Shown piece by piece: positions 18,532-28,474 of a stretch of DNA of 64,000 nucleotides. This DNA is from Bacteroidales bacterium. Its GTDB lineage: Bacteria > Bacteroidota > Bacteroidia > Bacteroidales > Dysgonomonadaceae. Numbering within the stretch: position 1 is the stretch's first letter; each line of letters begins with the position of its first letter. The translations under genes and the position numbers were made by a program. Under the pieces are notes generated by a model, which saw nothing but the letters and a program-made list of their open reading frames with translations, was not told the DNA's origin and did no database searches. The stretch lies in contig DUPB01000031.1 in the NCBI GenBank assembly GCA_012838585.1, positions 1,017 to 65,016 of the forward strand, written 5' to 3'.

Positions 18532-20037
18532 TTATTTGGGGTTTTTCCACAATAGGGAGCCATCACCGTAGCTCAAGAAACGATAGTTGTTCTCCAATGC
18601 GAACCTATACACCTCACGCCACCCCTCCCCGATGAAAGCGGCGACCAACAGCAACAAGGTACTCCGGGGCTGATGAAAGTTGGTAATCAACCCATCGGGA
18701 TAGTGAAAGGGGTAGCCGGGTGCAATCATCAATTGGGTTACCGCGGTTATCGAGCCCTTACTAGTGCGGTCGAGGTGGCGAAGAATGGCTTCCAGGGCTT
18801 CGTTCGGATCAATCGGATCGCTCTCCTCGTACGGTTCCCACTGCCCCACCTTGAAGAGAAAAGAACCGGGCTCGGATTTCCCGCCGCTCTTACCTTCCAC
18901 CGTGTATACACCCCACATTTCATGGGCATCTTTTGCCTCCTGCCCACTCCCCACCGTGCGCTCACCACCTATTTCACATTCCCTCCCTGTGCCCTGCCCA
19001 CTTCCTACTGGGTGCTTACCACCTGCTCCATACCCAATCCCGACTTCATGTGCATTCTCCCTTTCATGCAGCTTTTTCCCGATATAGTACAGGCTCTCCA
19101 CCGTACGAGCTGAAGTGGTTCCCACCGCGATCAATGGCCCAGTACGATGCAGCAACCGCTCAATCGTCTCCCTGGAAACGGATATGAACTCCGTATGCAT
19201 ATCGTGCTCGCCCATGAGCGGTGACTTCACCGGCTTGAAGGTACCCGCACCCACGTGGAGGGTTACCTCGGCAGTCCGGATGCCCCTTTCGTGTAACCGA
19301 TTCATCAACTCGGGGGTAAAATGAAGTCCCGCGGTAGGGGCAGCCACGGAACCTTCGACCCGGGCGTAAACCGTCTGATAGGTCACATCATCGCTCGACT
19401 CCGCCGCCCGGTTAAGGTAGGGCGGAATAGGCAACTTTCCCGCGGCTTCCAAGAGTTCAGAAAAGGTAATCCCAAGGTTTTCAGCAACGTGATAGCCACC
19501 GCAACCTTTGTTAGCACCGTTGTCATCCCCGGCATCACAACCCGGGTGATCCCCAGCACATTCGCCGTTATCCCAAGAAAAAGAGACGATAGCGTCACTC
19601 CCATCCATCCCTGCCCTCTCGGCGCACAACTCGACCACCCGCTCACCAATGGGAACCTGCAGGGTCAACACCTCATCTTTCCAGCGCCGCGCGTTCCCCA
19701 CCATGCAGCGCCATGAGCAACAGCTCCGCTGCTGGAAGCTCACCGCGTAATCGGCCGGCTCGTAGGGCGACAAGCAAAAGACCTCCACGCGAGCACCCGT
19801 CACCTTATGAAATAGCAGTCGGGCATGAATCACCCGGGTATCATTAAAAAGCAACAGGCTTCCAGGGGGCAACTGCTCGGGTAGTGAGCGAAAGAGCGTC
19901 GAGGTGACGAGACCCGCATCGTACACCAGTAATTTCGACCCATCTCTATCAGGAAGAGGATACTTGGCGATGCGCTCATCGGGCAAGGGGTAATCATACC
20001 GATCGATGCTTAACCGCTGTATATCGGCTTTTTTCAT
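18532..20037 (-). CDS. queA: S-adenosylmethionine:tRNA ribosyltransferase-isomerase with two extra insertions
   Basis: Motifs YQTVYA, GSVAAPTAGLHFT, VTLHVGAGTFKPV, AVGTTS, TNFHQPRSTL, YRFLSYGD. ATG at 20037 preferred over TTG at 20052. Confidence 0.92.
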   Translation of the reverse strand: MKKADIQRLSIDRYDYPLPDERIAKYPLPDRDGSKLLVYDAGLVTSTLFRSLPEQLPPGSLLLFNDTRVIHARLLFHKVTGARVEVFCLSPYEPADYAVSFQQRSCCSWRCMVGNARRWKDEVLTLQVPIGERVVELCAERAGMDGSDAIVSFSWDNGECAGDHPGCDAGDDNGANKGCGGYHVAENLGITFSELLEAAGKLPIPPYLNRAAESSDDVTYQTVYARVEGSVAAPTAGLHFTPELMNRLHERGIRTAEVTLHVGAGTFKPVKSPLMGEHDMHTEFISVSRETIERLLHRTGPLIAVGTTSARTVESLYYIGKKLHERENAHEVGIGYGAGGKHPVGSGQGTGRECEIGGERTVGSGQEAKDAHEMWGVYTVEGKSGGKSEPGSFLFKVGQWEPYEESDPIDPNEALEAILRHLDRTSKGSITAVTQLMIAPGYPFHYPDGLITNFHQPRSTLLLLVAAFIGEGWREVYRFALENNYRFLSYGDGSLLWKNPK

Positions 20038-20145
20038 TATTTTGACTACCAAAAAATTGATTTTCGTATTTATTAATTCATTTATTGCACAAAAATAGTC
20101 AACTTTGCATCGGATGACAAAAAAACAGTCGCTTAGAAAAGAGTT

Positions 20146-21348
20146 ATGAGATCAATATCCGTTGGGGACACCGTCCGTTTCCTGAACAGCGTGGGAGAAG
20201 GAAGAGTGAAAGGCTTCCAAAACAAGCAGATCGCGATCGTGGAAGATGAGCACGGGTTCGACGTGCCGGTACTCGTCTCGGAGCTCGTGGTCATCAAATC
20301 GGCCGAAGAGGAACTTGAAAAGATAAAAGCAACGTCCGACGCCGCGGTAATGGACGAGAACGCCCAAGGTAAGATAGGTTCTAAAACGGGATGGGAGAAG
20401 GGATTAAAGCCCAAGACAGACGCCGGGATGGGTAGACTGGGCAAACCGGAGACGGGGATAAGAAGGTCAGGCAAATGGGAGTCAGCAACGGGTCAACCGA
20501 TGTTCCAACCTGAATCAAAGCACACGGTGACAACCGAGGAAACCCCCGAGGGGGAACAGATTACCGCCTGCCTGGCCTACCTCCCCATGGACAGTAAAAA
20601 CCTCTCCACCACCGCGTACGAATGCTATTTCGTGAACGACAGCAACTACTTCCTCTACTTCAACTACATGAGCAGGGAGAACAACGTGTGGAAAAGCCGA
20701 CACACCGACCTGGTTGAACCCAACACCAAAATTTTCGTCGAAGAGTTTGATAAAACGGAGCTGAACGAGATCGAGAAGGTCGCGGTACAATTCATCGCCT
20801 TTAAACGGAACAAGCCGTACGCGTTCAAGAACCCCGGGTCGGTGGAGCTACGTATTGACACGGTGAAGTTCTATAAGCTGCATAGCTTTCAAGAGAACGA
20901 CTACTTCGAGGAGGATGCACTTATCTACTACCTCATACGAGAGGACCTACCCGAGGAGGAGCTGCTGGTTTCGGCAGGTGACCTGGAACGGGCCATGAAC
21001 GAGAAAAGGAGGGCCGACCGACCTGCCAGGAGCAGGAGGAAGAGGACGGGACAACCGGAGAAAGCAAAGGTGGTGGAGGTGGATCTCCATATCAACCAGC
21101 TCCTCGACACGACGGCCGGCATGAACAACGCGGATATCCTGGAATATCAGCTCAAGAAGTTCAACGAGACGATACAAGCCCACCTCAACCAAAAGGGCAA
21201 GAGGCTGGTATTCATTCACGGGAAAGGCGACGGGGTGCTGCGACAAGCCATCCTAAGTGAACTGAAGAAAAAATATCCCTCCTGCTACAGTCAGGATGCC
21301 TCGTTTAAAGAGTACGGTTTCGGTGCCACCATGGTCACTATAAGATGA
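20146..21348 (+). CDS. DUF2027 plus C-terminal Smr/MutS2 domain protein
   Basis: N-terminal VGDTVRFLN, central DUF2027-like region (YFVNDSNYFLYF), Smr motifs EVDLHI, VFIHGKGDGVLR, YGFGAT. Confidence 0.85.
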   Translation: MRSISVGDTVRFLNSVGEGRVKGFQNKQIAIVEDEHGFDVPVLVSELVVIKSAEEELEKIKATSDAAVMDENAQGKIGSKTGWEKGLKPKTDAGMGRLGKPETGIRRSGKWESATGQPMFQPESKHTVTTEETPEGEQITACLAYLPMDSKNLSTTAYECYFVNDSNYFLYFNYMSRENNVWKSRHTDLVEPNTKIFVEEFDKTELNEIEKVAVQFIAFKRNKPYAFKNPGSVELRIDTVKFYKLHSFQENDYFEEDALIYYLIREDLPEEELLVSAGDLERAMNEKRRADRPARSRRKRTGQPEKAKVVEVDLHINQLLDTTAGMNNADILEYQLKKFNETIQAHLNQKGKRLVFIHGKGDGVLRQAILSELKKKYPSCYSQDASFKEYGFGATMVTIR

Positions 21349-21370
21349 TTAACGTTAACATATTCTGTTT

Positions 21371-21973
21371 ATGAAGTTTTTGAAAAGAGCAATTACCATC
21401 CTTATCGTGGCCCTCCTCGTTACCAGCTGCGAAGTTATCCAACGCATCGGGGGGGCCTACCAGCTATCCCAAAGCGAATATCGATACAACTCGCTCAGCA
21501 ACATACAAATAGCGGGAATGAACCTCGGCAACGCATCCAATATCTCCGTTTCTAACCTGGCATCCATTGCCACGATCCTCGCGGGAGGGTCAACACGCCA
21601 AACCATCCCGTTTAGCATGACACTCAATATGGACGTGACCAACCCCAACAATGCGACTGCCTTCCTGGATGCGCTGGATTACAGCATCCTGATCAACGAG
21701 ATGGAGTTCGTGGAAGGGAAGATGGACGTCCCTATCCGCATCGACCCCGGCCAAACCACCCTGCTTTCGATTCCCATCAGCGTCGACCTGAAGAGTCTGA
21801 TGAACCGTTACTCGCAGGAGCGGGTCACCAACGAGATGAGCGCCTTCTTGGGTATCACCCCGAAAGAGACGTCGGTAACGGTCAAGTTGTGGCCCAAGCT
21901 TACGGTCGGCAACACGCTGATCAAGGTGCCCGCACCCATACCCGTGGTATTCAACTTCGGAGGGAAACAATAA
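21371..21973 (+). CDS. LEA_2-domain lipoprotein
   Basis: Lipobox LVTSC; LNMDVTNPNNATAFLDALDY motif typical of LEA type 2. Confidence 0.7.
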   Translation: MKFLKRAITILIVALLVTSCEVIQRIGGAYQLSQSEYRYNSLSNIQIAGMNLGNASNISVSNLASIATILAGGSTRQTIPFSMTLNMDVTNPNNATAFLDALDYSILINEMEFVEGKMDVPIRIDPGQTTLLSIPISVDLKSLMNRYSQERVTNEMSAFLGITPKETSVTVKLWPKLTVGNTLIKVPAPIPVVFNFGGKQ

Positions 21974-22030
21974 GCTTTGGGGCAATAGTGAGCTTTATTG
22001 ACTATCTTCGCGTTTTAATTGTTCATGACG

Positions 22031-23401
22031 ATGCAAAAACCATCCATACCCAAGGGGACACGGGACTTTTCGCCGGAAGAGATGGCGAAACGAAACTATA
22101 TTTTCAACACGATCAGAGAGGTGTACCAACTCCACGGCTTCCAGCCAATTGAAACACCCGCAATGGAGAACCTCTCCACCTTGCTGGGCAAATACGGGGA
22201 GGAGGGCGACCGGCTGCTGTTCAAGGTGCTCAACTCGGGGGATTTTCTATCCAGCCTGAGCCACGAGGATCTCACGGAAGGCAACGCGGCGAGAAGTGCG
22301 CACAAGATCTCGGAAAAGGGATTGAGGTACGACCTCACGGTTCCCTTCGCACGGTACGTGGTGATGCACCGCAACGAAATTACCTTCCCATTCAAACGGT
22401 ACCAAATACAACCGGTATGGCGTGCTGACCGACCACAACGGGGACGCTACCGGGAGTTCTTTCAATGCGACGCCGATATCGTGGGCTCCGACTCGCTGCT
22501 GAACGAAATCGAGCTGATACAGATCATCGACGAGGTGTTCGCCCGCCTCGGCATTCGGGTATCTATCCGGCTAAATAACCGCAAGATCCTCGCCGGGATA
22601 GCGGAGGTCATCGGCCAAACCGACCAGCTCACCGCCATCACGGTAGCCATCGACAAGCTGGATAAAATCGGACTGGAAAAGGTGAACGAGGAGCTTGCCG
22701 CGAAAGGTGTCGACGAAGAGGCCATTAAGAAGCTGCAACCCATCCTAATGATGAGCGGCGACAACGCCGAAAAGATCGGGCTGCTGCGAAAAGAGCTACA
22801 CGCTTCTAAAACGGGACTCGCGGGAGTCGACGAGGTGGAACTTATCTTCGAGAAAATCAAGCCATTAGCGCTGAGGAACGAGCTGGTGCTCGACCTCACC
22901 CTGGCTCGGGGACTCGATTACTACACCGGTGCCATCATCGAGGTAAAGGCACTGGATGCCGAGTTCGGGAGCATCACGGGGGGCGGCCGATACGATAACC
23001 TGACCGGTATATTCGGGCTGCCCGACGTCTCCGGCGTGGGCATATCGTTCGGTGCTGATAGGATCTACGACGTGCTGAGCCAGCTTGACCTTTTCCCGGA
23101 GGGTTTTTCCCACGCGACCGACCTGCTGTTCGTCAACTTCGGCGAGAAGGAGGCCGACTGGATCCTGCCGCTCCTAAAGGAGCTGAGAAGCTCGGGAATA
23201 CGGTGCGAACTATACCCGGAAGTAGCCAAGATGAGGAAACAGATGACCTACGCGAACAATAACCGGATCCCCTTCGTGGCGCTGGTGGGTGAAAAAGAGA
23301 TGCAAGAGGGGGTCATCGGCCTGAAAAACATGATCAACGGCGAACAACGGAACTGCTCATTGCAGGAGTTGACCGACGAGATGAAAAAAACGTCCGGATG
23401 A
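22031..23401 (+). CDS. hisS: Histidine--tRNA ligase
   Basis: [45 protein letters not shown] motifs. Start at MQKPS (22031) preferred. Confidence 0.97.
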   Translation: MQKPSIPKGTRDFSPEEMAKRNYIFNTIREVYQLHGFQPIETPAMENLSTLLGKYGEEGDRLLFKVLNSGDFLSSLSHEDLTEGNAARSAHKISEKGLRYDLTVPFARYVVMHRNEITFPFKRYQIQPVWRADRPQRGRYREFFQCDADIVGSDSLLNEIELIQIIDEVFARLGIRVSIRLNNRKILAGIAEVIGQTDQLTAITVAIDKLDKIGLEKVNEELAAKGVDEEAIKKLQPILMMSGDNAEKIGLLRKELHASKTGLAGVDEVELIFEKIKPLALRNELVLDLTLARGLDYYTGAIIEVKALDAEFGSITGGGRYDNLTGIFGLPDVSGVGISFGADRIYDVLSQLDLFPEGFSHATDLLFVNFGEKEADWILPLLKELRSSGIRCELYPEVAKMRKQMTYANNNRIPFVALVGEKEMQEGVIGLKNMINGEQRNCSLQELTDEMKKTSG

Positions 23402-25353
23402 TATCGATCGACAACCTAACCGTGCGGTTCGGGGGGTTCACGCTGCTCGACCAGGTTTCGTTTGTCCTGAACCGAAATGAACGGGTCGCGCTAACAGGAA
23501 GGAACGGCTCCGGAAAGTCGACCCTCCTGAAAATCATGGCGGGCCTGCAACTCCCTACCGAAGGCTCCGTCTCTACCCCCAAGGAGGTATCCATCGGCTA
23601 CCTACCGCAACATATGACGGTAAGCGATAGCCGAACCGTGATGGAAGAGGCTTCGATCGCGTTCGAGCAGTTGCTGGCCATGGAGCAAAAGGTGAAACGG
23701 CTCCACCAAGAGATGGCCAAGCGCACCGACTACGAATCGGATGACTACCATGCGCTCATCCAAAGGGCTACCGATCTGCAGGAGCAGTTAAACTTTTCGG
23801 GAATCCACACGTTCGAGGCGGAAACGGAGAAGACGCTCCTGGGCTTAGGGTTTGAACGGAGCGACTTTGACCGTCCCACCAGCGAGTTCAGCGGTGGATG
23901 GCGCATGCGTATCGAGCTGGCGAAGATACTGTTGCAAGCGCCCGACGTGCTGCTGTTGGACGAGCCTACCAACCACCTCGACATCGATTCAATCCAGTGG
24001 CTGGAGCAGTTCCTCGCCAATAGCGGTAGCGCGGTGATGCTGGTATCGCACGACCGCGCTTTCCTGGACCGGGTGACCAACCGCACCATCGAGATAGTGC
24101 TGGGCTCTATCCACGACTACCGGGTGAGCTACTCCACCTACGTGGAACTGCGCAAAGAGCGGCGGGAGCAGCAGCTACGGGCATACGAGAACCAACAGAA
24201 GCAGATTAAGGATACCGAGGAGTTCATCGAGCGCTTCCGGTACAAGGCAACCAAGTCAAATCAGGTGCAGTCCCGGATCAAGCAACTGGAGAAGCTCGAC
24301 CGCGTTGAGGTGGACGAGATAGACACCTCACGGCTCAACCTGAAGTTCCCGCCCGCACCCCGATCCGGCTCCTATCCCATCATCATGGAGGGAGTCTCAA
24401 AAAGCTACGGGAGCCACGAGGTGTTTAGCAAGGTAACGCTCACCATCGAACGGGGCGAAAAGGTCGCCTTCGTCGGCAAGAACGGCGCGGGGAAGACGAC
24501 CCTCGTCAAGTGCATCATGGGCGAAATCGAGCACGGGGGCAAGCTCAAACTGGGACATAACGTCAAGATCGGCTATTTCGCCCAGAACCAGGCGCAGCTC
24601 TTGAACGAGGAGCTGACCGTGTTCGACACGATTGATCTAGTGGCGGCAGGCGATATCCGCTCCAAGATCAGGGACATTCTCGGTGCATTCATGTTCGGCG
24701 GGGAAGCATCGGACAAACGGGTGAAGGTGCTGTCGGGCGGTGAGCGTAGCCGCCTGGCCATGATCCGGTTGCTCTTGGAACCGGTGAACCTGCTCATCCT
24801 GGACGAACCGACCAACCACCTCGATATGGCGTCAAAGGATGTGCTGAAGAAAGCGATAGAGACATTCGAGGGTACCGCCATCATCGTTTCGCACGATCGC
24901 GATTTCCTGGATGGTCTGGTGGGAAAAGTGTACGAGTTCGGGGCCGGGAGAGTGAGGGAGCACCTGGGAGGCATCTACGAGTTCCTGGAAAAGAGGGCAC
25001 TAAACAGCCTCCAGCAACTTGAACGAAGCTCCACGCCAGCCGATAGCGATAGTAGAGGGAAAAAAGATGAACAGCAGGAGCCGATAAACGAAGGCAGACG
25101 CTCCTACGAGGAGCAGAAAGCGTGGAACCGGAAAGTGCGAAAACTAGAACGGGATGTCGAGAAGGCGGAAGAGAAGGTGGAGCGACTGGAGGAGAAGATT
25201 AGCAAATTGGAAAGTCGCCTCGCCACGCCGGAAGGTGCGGCTGATATGGAGTTGCTTCAGAAGTACCTTGAGATGAAAGCGAAACTGGACCGCGCAATGA
25301 ACCTTTGGGAACGTTTAGCGTTGGAACTGGAAGAAACAAACCTAAGCAGCTGA
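23398..25353 (+). CDS. ABC-F family ATP-binding protein
   Basis: Two ABC cassettes (GRNGSGKST / FSGGWRMR / [11 protein letters not shown]; GKNGAGKTT / LSGGERSR / [10 protein letters not shown]), interdomain linker, C-terminal coiled coil, no TM segments. Confidence 0.93.
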   Translation: MISIDNLTVRFGGFTLLDQVSFVLNRNERVALTGRNGSGKSTLLKIMAGLQLPTEGSVSTPKEVSIGYLPQHMTVSDSRTVMEEASIAFEQLLAMEQKVKRLHQEMAKRTDYESDDYHALIQRATDLQEQLNFSGIHTFEAETEKTLLGLGFERSDFDRPTSEFSGGWRMRIELAKILLQAPDVLLLDEPTNHLDIDSIQWLEQFLANSGSAVMLVSHDRAFLDRVTNRTIEIVLGSIHDYRVSYSTYVELRKERREQQLRAYENQQKQIKDTEEFIERFRYKATKSNQVQSRIKQLEKLDRVEVDEIDTSRLNLKFPPAPRSGSYPIIMEGVSKSYGSHEVFSKVTLTIERGEKVAFVGKNGAGKTTLVKCIMGEIEHGGKLKLGHNVKIGYFAQNQAQLLNEELTVFDTIDLVAAGDIRSKIRDILGAFMFGGEASDKRVKVLSGGERSRLAMIRLLLEPVNLLILDEPTNHLDMASKDVLKKAIETFEGTAIIVSHDRDFLDGLVGKVYEFGAGRVREHLGGIYEFLEKRALNSLQQLERSSTPADSDSRGKKDEQQEPINEGRRSYEEQKAWNRKVRKLERDVEKAEEKVERLEEKISKLESRLATPEGAADMELLQKYLEMKAKLDRAMNLWERLALELEETNLSS

Positions 25354-25374
25354 TTATTCACGTTAAGTATTGCC

Positions 25375-25594
25375 TTTTTAATGCTTTCATGCTCGTCTGA
25401 CGTAAATTATTTGCGACAAGTGAGAGCAAATGCAAAGCTTGCTTTGATTTTGCCGAACGTAGCAAATATCTGTAAGGCGAATTTTGCGTTAAGCAATACG
25501 AGCAGAAAACGAACTTGTTCGTATTATGCCGTTGCGAGCAAAAGTGCAGCTTCACTGAAAGTTTACGAGGTCTTCGCCATGAAAGCATTAAAAA
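25375..25594 (+). repeat. 220-bp palindromic intergenic element (MITE/REP-like), related to the element at 58960-59173
   Basis: 17-bp perfect terminal inverted repeat TTTTTAATGCTTTCATG / CATGAAAGCATTAAAAA. Two internal modules with CTTG-loop hairpins. Blocks of 23/26 and 29/30 identity to the 59-kb element. Confidence 0.75.
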
Positions 25595-25615
25595 ACACAA
25601 AGAGTAAACAAACAA

Positions 25616-26158
25616 ATGAAAAAAATAAGTGTTTTCCTTTTCAATAAGCTCCTGGGATGGCGGGTGGCGAACGAGGTACCTCGCCTGCCCAAGTGCGTGA
25701 TCGCGGTTGCCCCCCACACGAGCAACTGGGACTTTATCATCGCGAAGCTAGCCTATTCCTCCTTGGGTAGAACCGCCCACTTCCTCATCAAGTCGGAGTG
25801 GTTTTTCTTCCCGTTCAACCTTTTTTTCAAACGAATCGGGGGTATCCCGGTCAAGCGAGACAGAAGCGAATCCCTCACCGACACCCTCGCCGAAGAGTTT
25901 CAAAGACGGGAGCAAATGGAGCTGGCTATCGCACCCGAAGGAACCCGTAAACCGGTAACGAAATGGAAAAGAGGCTTCTACTTTATCGCCTTGAAAGCCG
26001 GCGTACCTATCATGCTTATAGGACTGGATTACGGGAAAAAGGAAGCCCGCTTCTTGGGTCTGTTTCATCCAACAGGTGACTACGAAAGTGACATCCCAAA
26101 AATCAAGTCGTACTACCACGGCCTCCGGGGGAAAAAACCCGAAAATTTCCTTTTATAG
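25616..26158 (+). CDS. 1-acyl-sn-glycerol-3-phosphate acyltransferase (PlsC-like)
   Basis: HX4D motif APHTSNWD, GGIPVKR, IAPEGTRK. Confidence 0.88.
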   Translation: MKKISVFLFNKLLGWRVANEVPRLPKCVIAVAPHTSNWDFIIAKLAYSSLGRTAHFLIKSEWFFFPFNLFFKRIGGIPVKRDRSESLTDTLAEEFQRREQMELAIAPEGTRKPVTKWKRGFYFIALKAGVPIMLIGLDYGKKEARFLGLFHPTGDYESDIPKIKSYYHGLRGKKPENFLL

Positions 26159-26166
26159 GCCCCGCG

Positions 26167-26218
26167 CTGCCCTTTTCTGCCCTTTTCTACCCTTTTCTAC
26201 CCTTTTCTGCCCTTTTCC
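26167..26218. repeat. 10-bp tandem repeat (CCTTTTCT[G/A]C), about 5 copies, intergenic
   Basis: ctgc ccttttctgc ccttttctac ccttttctac ccttttctgc ccttttcc read directly. Confidence 0.85.
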
Positions 26219-26285
26219 CCCAACCTACCCCGCCCCTGAAAGCGTCAAAGATTGTCACGTGAAACAGAGACGAAGGCACCCTTAC

Positions 26286-27401
26286 CTAATCCTCGAAATC
26301 GAGTCTAAGCTGCACACCATCCACGGGCAATACAGCCTGTTCGGCATCCGGTTTCTTCAATGTCAGCCCCAACAGCCGGATCTTCTTCTCCTGCAGGTCA
26401 TCCACTTGTAACAGGAGCTCTTTTCCCAGCTCAAACAGCCTTTCGTACGTGTTGATATAGTAATCTACCGTCCGGCTGCGCGTCACCTGATCGAAATCAG
26501 CATACTTCACCTTCAACGTCAACGTCTTGGCAAAGAAGTTTCGCTTTTCGGCCCGGCGATGCACCTTCCGGGCAATCTGATGGAGTGCACCCAGCATATC
26601 TACCAGCTCATCGAGGTCGTCCAGGAAGGTCTCTTCCGCGCCCAGCGATTTACGTACCCTCTCTGGCTCTACCTCCCGGTCATCTACCCCCCGGGAGAAA
26701 TGGTAATACATTCTTCCCACCTTGCCGAACTCCCTCACCAGGTCGAGCTCACTCCACTGTTTCAAGTCCCTCCCGGTCCGGATGCCTAGCTTCTCCATCC
26801 GGGCAGCCGTCACCTTTCCCACCCCAAAGAACTTGGTGACCGGCAGCTTCTCGATAAACGCTTCCGCTTGTTCGGGTTCAATCACGAACAGGCCATCCGG
26901 CTTCCTGAAGTCCGAGGCAATCTTAGCCAAAAACTTGTTATAAGAAACCCCAGCCGAGGCAGTCAACCCGGTTCGGTTATAAATCTTCTGCTTGATCTCC
27001 TTAGCGATCAGCGTGGCCGAGCGGATACCGGGATAATTAACCGTTACATCTAAAAACGCTTCGTCGAGGGAGAGAGGCTCCACCAGTCGGGTGTACTCCT
27101 GGAAAAGCTGCATGACCTGTTTGGATACAGCACGGTAAACATCAAATCGCGGCATCGCGAAGATAAGATCGGGGCACTTTCGCAAAGCGGTGACCGATGG
27201 CATGGCGGAGCGAACGCCATACTTGCGCGCCTCGTAGCTGGCCGCGGCCACCACGCCCCGTTTTTCGCCATAACCCACGGCGAGCGGCTTACCACGGTAC
27301 TCAGGGTGATCACGCTGTTCAATGGAAGCGTAAAAGGCATCCATATCGATGTGAATAATTTTTCTCTGGGGAAGAGCTTCATCAGGCTGTGTTTTCATCA
27401 T
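26286..27401 (-). CDS. dinB: DNA polymerase IV (Y family)
   Basis: IIHIDMDAFYAS, ASYEARKYGVRSAM, SLDEAFLD, KFLAKIASDFRKPDG, GVGKVT. Confidence 0.95.
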   Translation of the reverse strand: MMKTQPDEALPQRKIIHIDMDAFYASIEQRDHPEYRGKPLAVGYGEKRGVVAAASYEARKYGVRSAMPSVTALRKCPDLIFAMPRFDVYRAVSKQVMQLFQEYTRLVEPLSLDEAFLDVTVNYPGIRSATLIAKEIKQKIYNRTGLTASAGVSYNKFLAKIASDFRKPDGLFVIEPEQAEAFIEKLPVTKFFGVGKVTAARMEKLGIRTGRDLKQWSELDLVREFGKVGRMYYHFSRGVDDREVEPERVRKSLGAEETFLDDLDELVDMLGALHQIARKVHRRAEKRNFFAKTLTLKVKYADFDQVTRSRTVDYYINTYERLFELGKELLLQVDDLQEKKIRLLGLTLKKPDAEQAVLPVDGVQLRLDFED

Positions 27402-27438
27402 ACGCTTCGTAACTATGTAATGATTCGGTCGCTACCTA

Positions 27439-27446
27439 CAAAGATA
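27439..27446 (-). promoter_or_regulatory. -7 box (TATCTTTG) for dinB
   Basis: TAnnTTTG, 37 bp upstream of the dinB start. Confidence 0.55.
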
Positions 27447-27588
27447 AGGTTTCTAAATTAATTATCAGCTAAAAAAACATCATCCATCATTTTCCTAATA
27501 TATTGCATATAAAGTTGACCACTGCAAATATAAGTTACCGATTGTAAATATACCGATTAAAAAAGCGAACTGTTACAAATTTATTGAT

Positions 27589-27596
27589 TAAATTTG
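27589..27596 (+). promoter_or_regulatory. -7 box (TAAATTTG) for the CDP-alcohol transferase-yicC-gmk operon
   Basis: TAnnTTTG, 26 bp upstream of the ATG at 27623. Confidence 0.55.
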
Positions 27597-27622
27597 CGTG
27601 AAAAGGTTCGGGTAGAGAGAGA

Positions 27623-28474
27623 ATGAACAACACGAAAAAGAACGTTATGAAGAAGAAAGAAAGAAGAGCAAGGCTGGAGAGATCGCTCCGCCTCATAACT
27701 GCTGACCGCGAAAGAACCAATATTTTACGCGAGGGAGAACAGAAAACCATCGCCCGCCTGGTACAGAAGGTACCCTCCTGGATTAGCTCCGACGGGATGA
27801 CTGCTATCGGCTTTTTCGGCAACCTGATGGTCGCCACGAGCTTCGTTCTGGCCCTCTACTTTGGCCGAGGCTGGTTACTTTTAGCGCTACCCGGTTTCGT
27901 GATCAACTGGCTGGGCGACTCACTCGACGGCCGACTGGCCTACTACCGACAAAAGCCCCGTAAATGGTATGGCTTCTCGTTAGACGTCACGGTCGATTGG
28001 ATTGGTACCGTCCTCATCGGAACAGGATATATGATATACGCCCAAGGCCCTTGGAGATTTGTCGGCTTTTACTTTGTCGTCCTGTACGGATGGGAGATGA
28101 TCACCTCTCAACTCAGGTACAAGATCGGGGGCAGTTACTCCATCGACTCCGGGATATTCGGTCCCACGGAGGTGCGCATCATCATAGCCACCATCCTAAT
28201 TTTAGAGGTCATCTTCCCCGGCTCCATCCACTACCTCGCCACGTTTGCCTGTTTCATCCTCCTACTATCTAACTTAAAGGAGAGCCGAAACCTTCTGAAG
28301 ATTGCCGATGAACGAGACAAAGCCGATCGGGAAAAGAGAAAAGAGAAGAAGAAGAAGAAAAAGAAAAATAAGCAGAAAAAGAGTCAAGATGATATACTCG
28401 ATGACAGGGTACGGTCGGGCCACGGTGGAACTTCCGAACAAGAGGATTACCGTGGAGATTCGTTCCCTGAATAG
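27623..28474 (+). CDS. CDP-alcohol phosphatidyltransferase family protein with a Lys-rich tail overlapping yicC
   Basis: Signature D-x-x-DG-x-x-A ... G-x-x-x-D-x-x-x-D (GDSLDGRLAYYRQKPRKWYGFSLDVTVD); multiple TM helices. Confidence 0.85.
   Translation: MNNTKKNVMKKKERRARLERSLRLITADRERTNILREGEQKTIARLVQKVPSWISSDGMTAIGFFGNLMVATSFVLALYFGRGWLLLALPGFVINWLGDSLDGRLAYYRQKPRKWYGFSLDVTVDWIGTVLIGTGYMIYAQGPWRFVGFYFVVLYGWEMITSQLRYKIGGSYSIDSGIFGPTEVRIIIATILILEVIFPGSIHYLATFACFILLLSNLKESRNLLKIADERDKADREKRKEKKKKKKKNKQKKSQDDILDDRVRSGHGGTSEQEDYRGDSFPE

Noticed and set aside
25422-25543. Possible mini-CRISPR array
   Set aside because: Only two degenerate modules nested within a larger inverted repeat, and no cas genes. 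The 66-bp and 9-bp repeats elsewhere are in-frame coding repeats.
27453-27465. CTAA-N5-TTAT near-palindrome upstream of dinB as a possible SOS-type operator
   Set aside because: Imperfect and in very AT-rich DNA, with no repressor in the window; cannot be separated from chance without a regulon-wide motif search.
28302-28388. R/K-rich N-terminal extension of YicC
   Set aside because: Alternate-frame reading of the purine tract; the conserved family N-terminus MIYSMTGYG begins at 28389.
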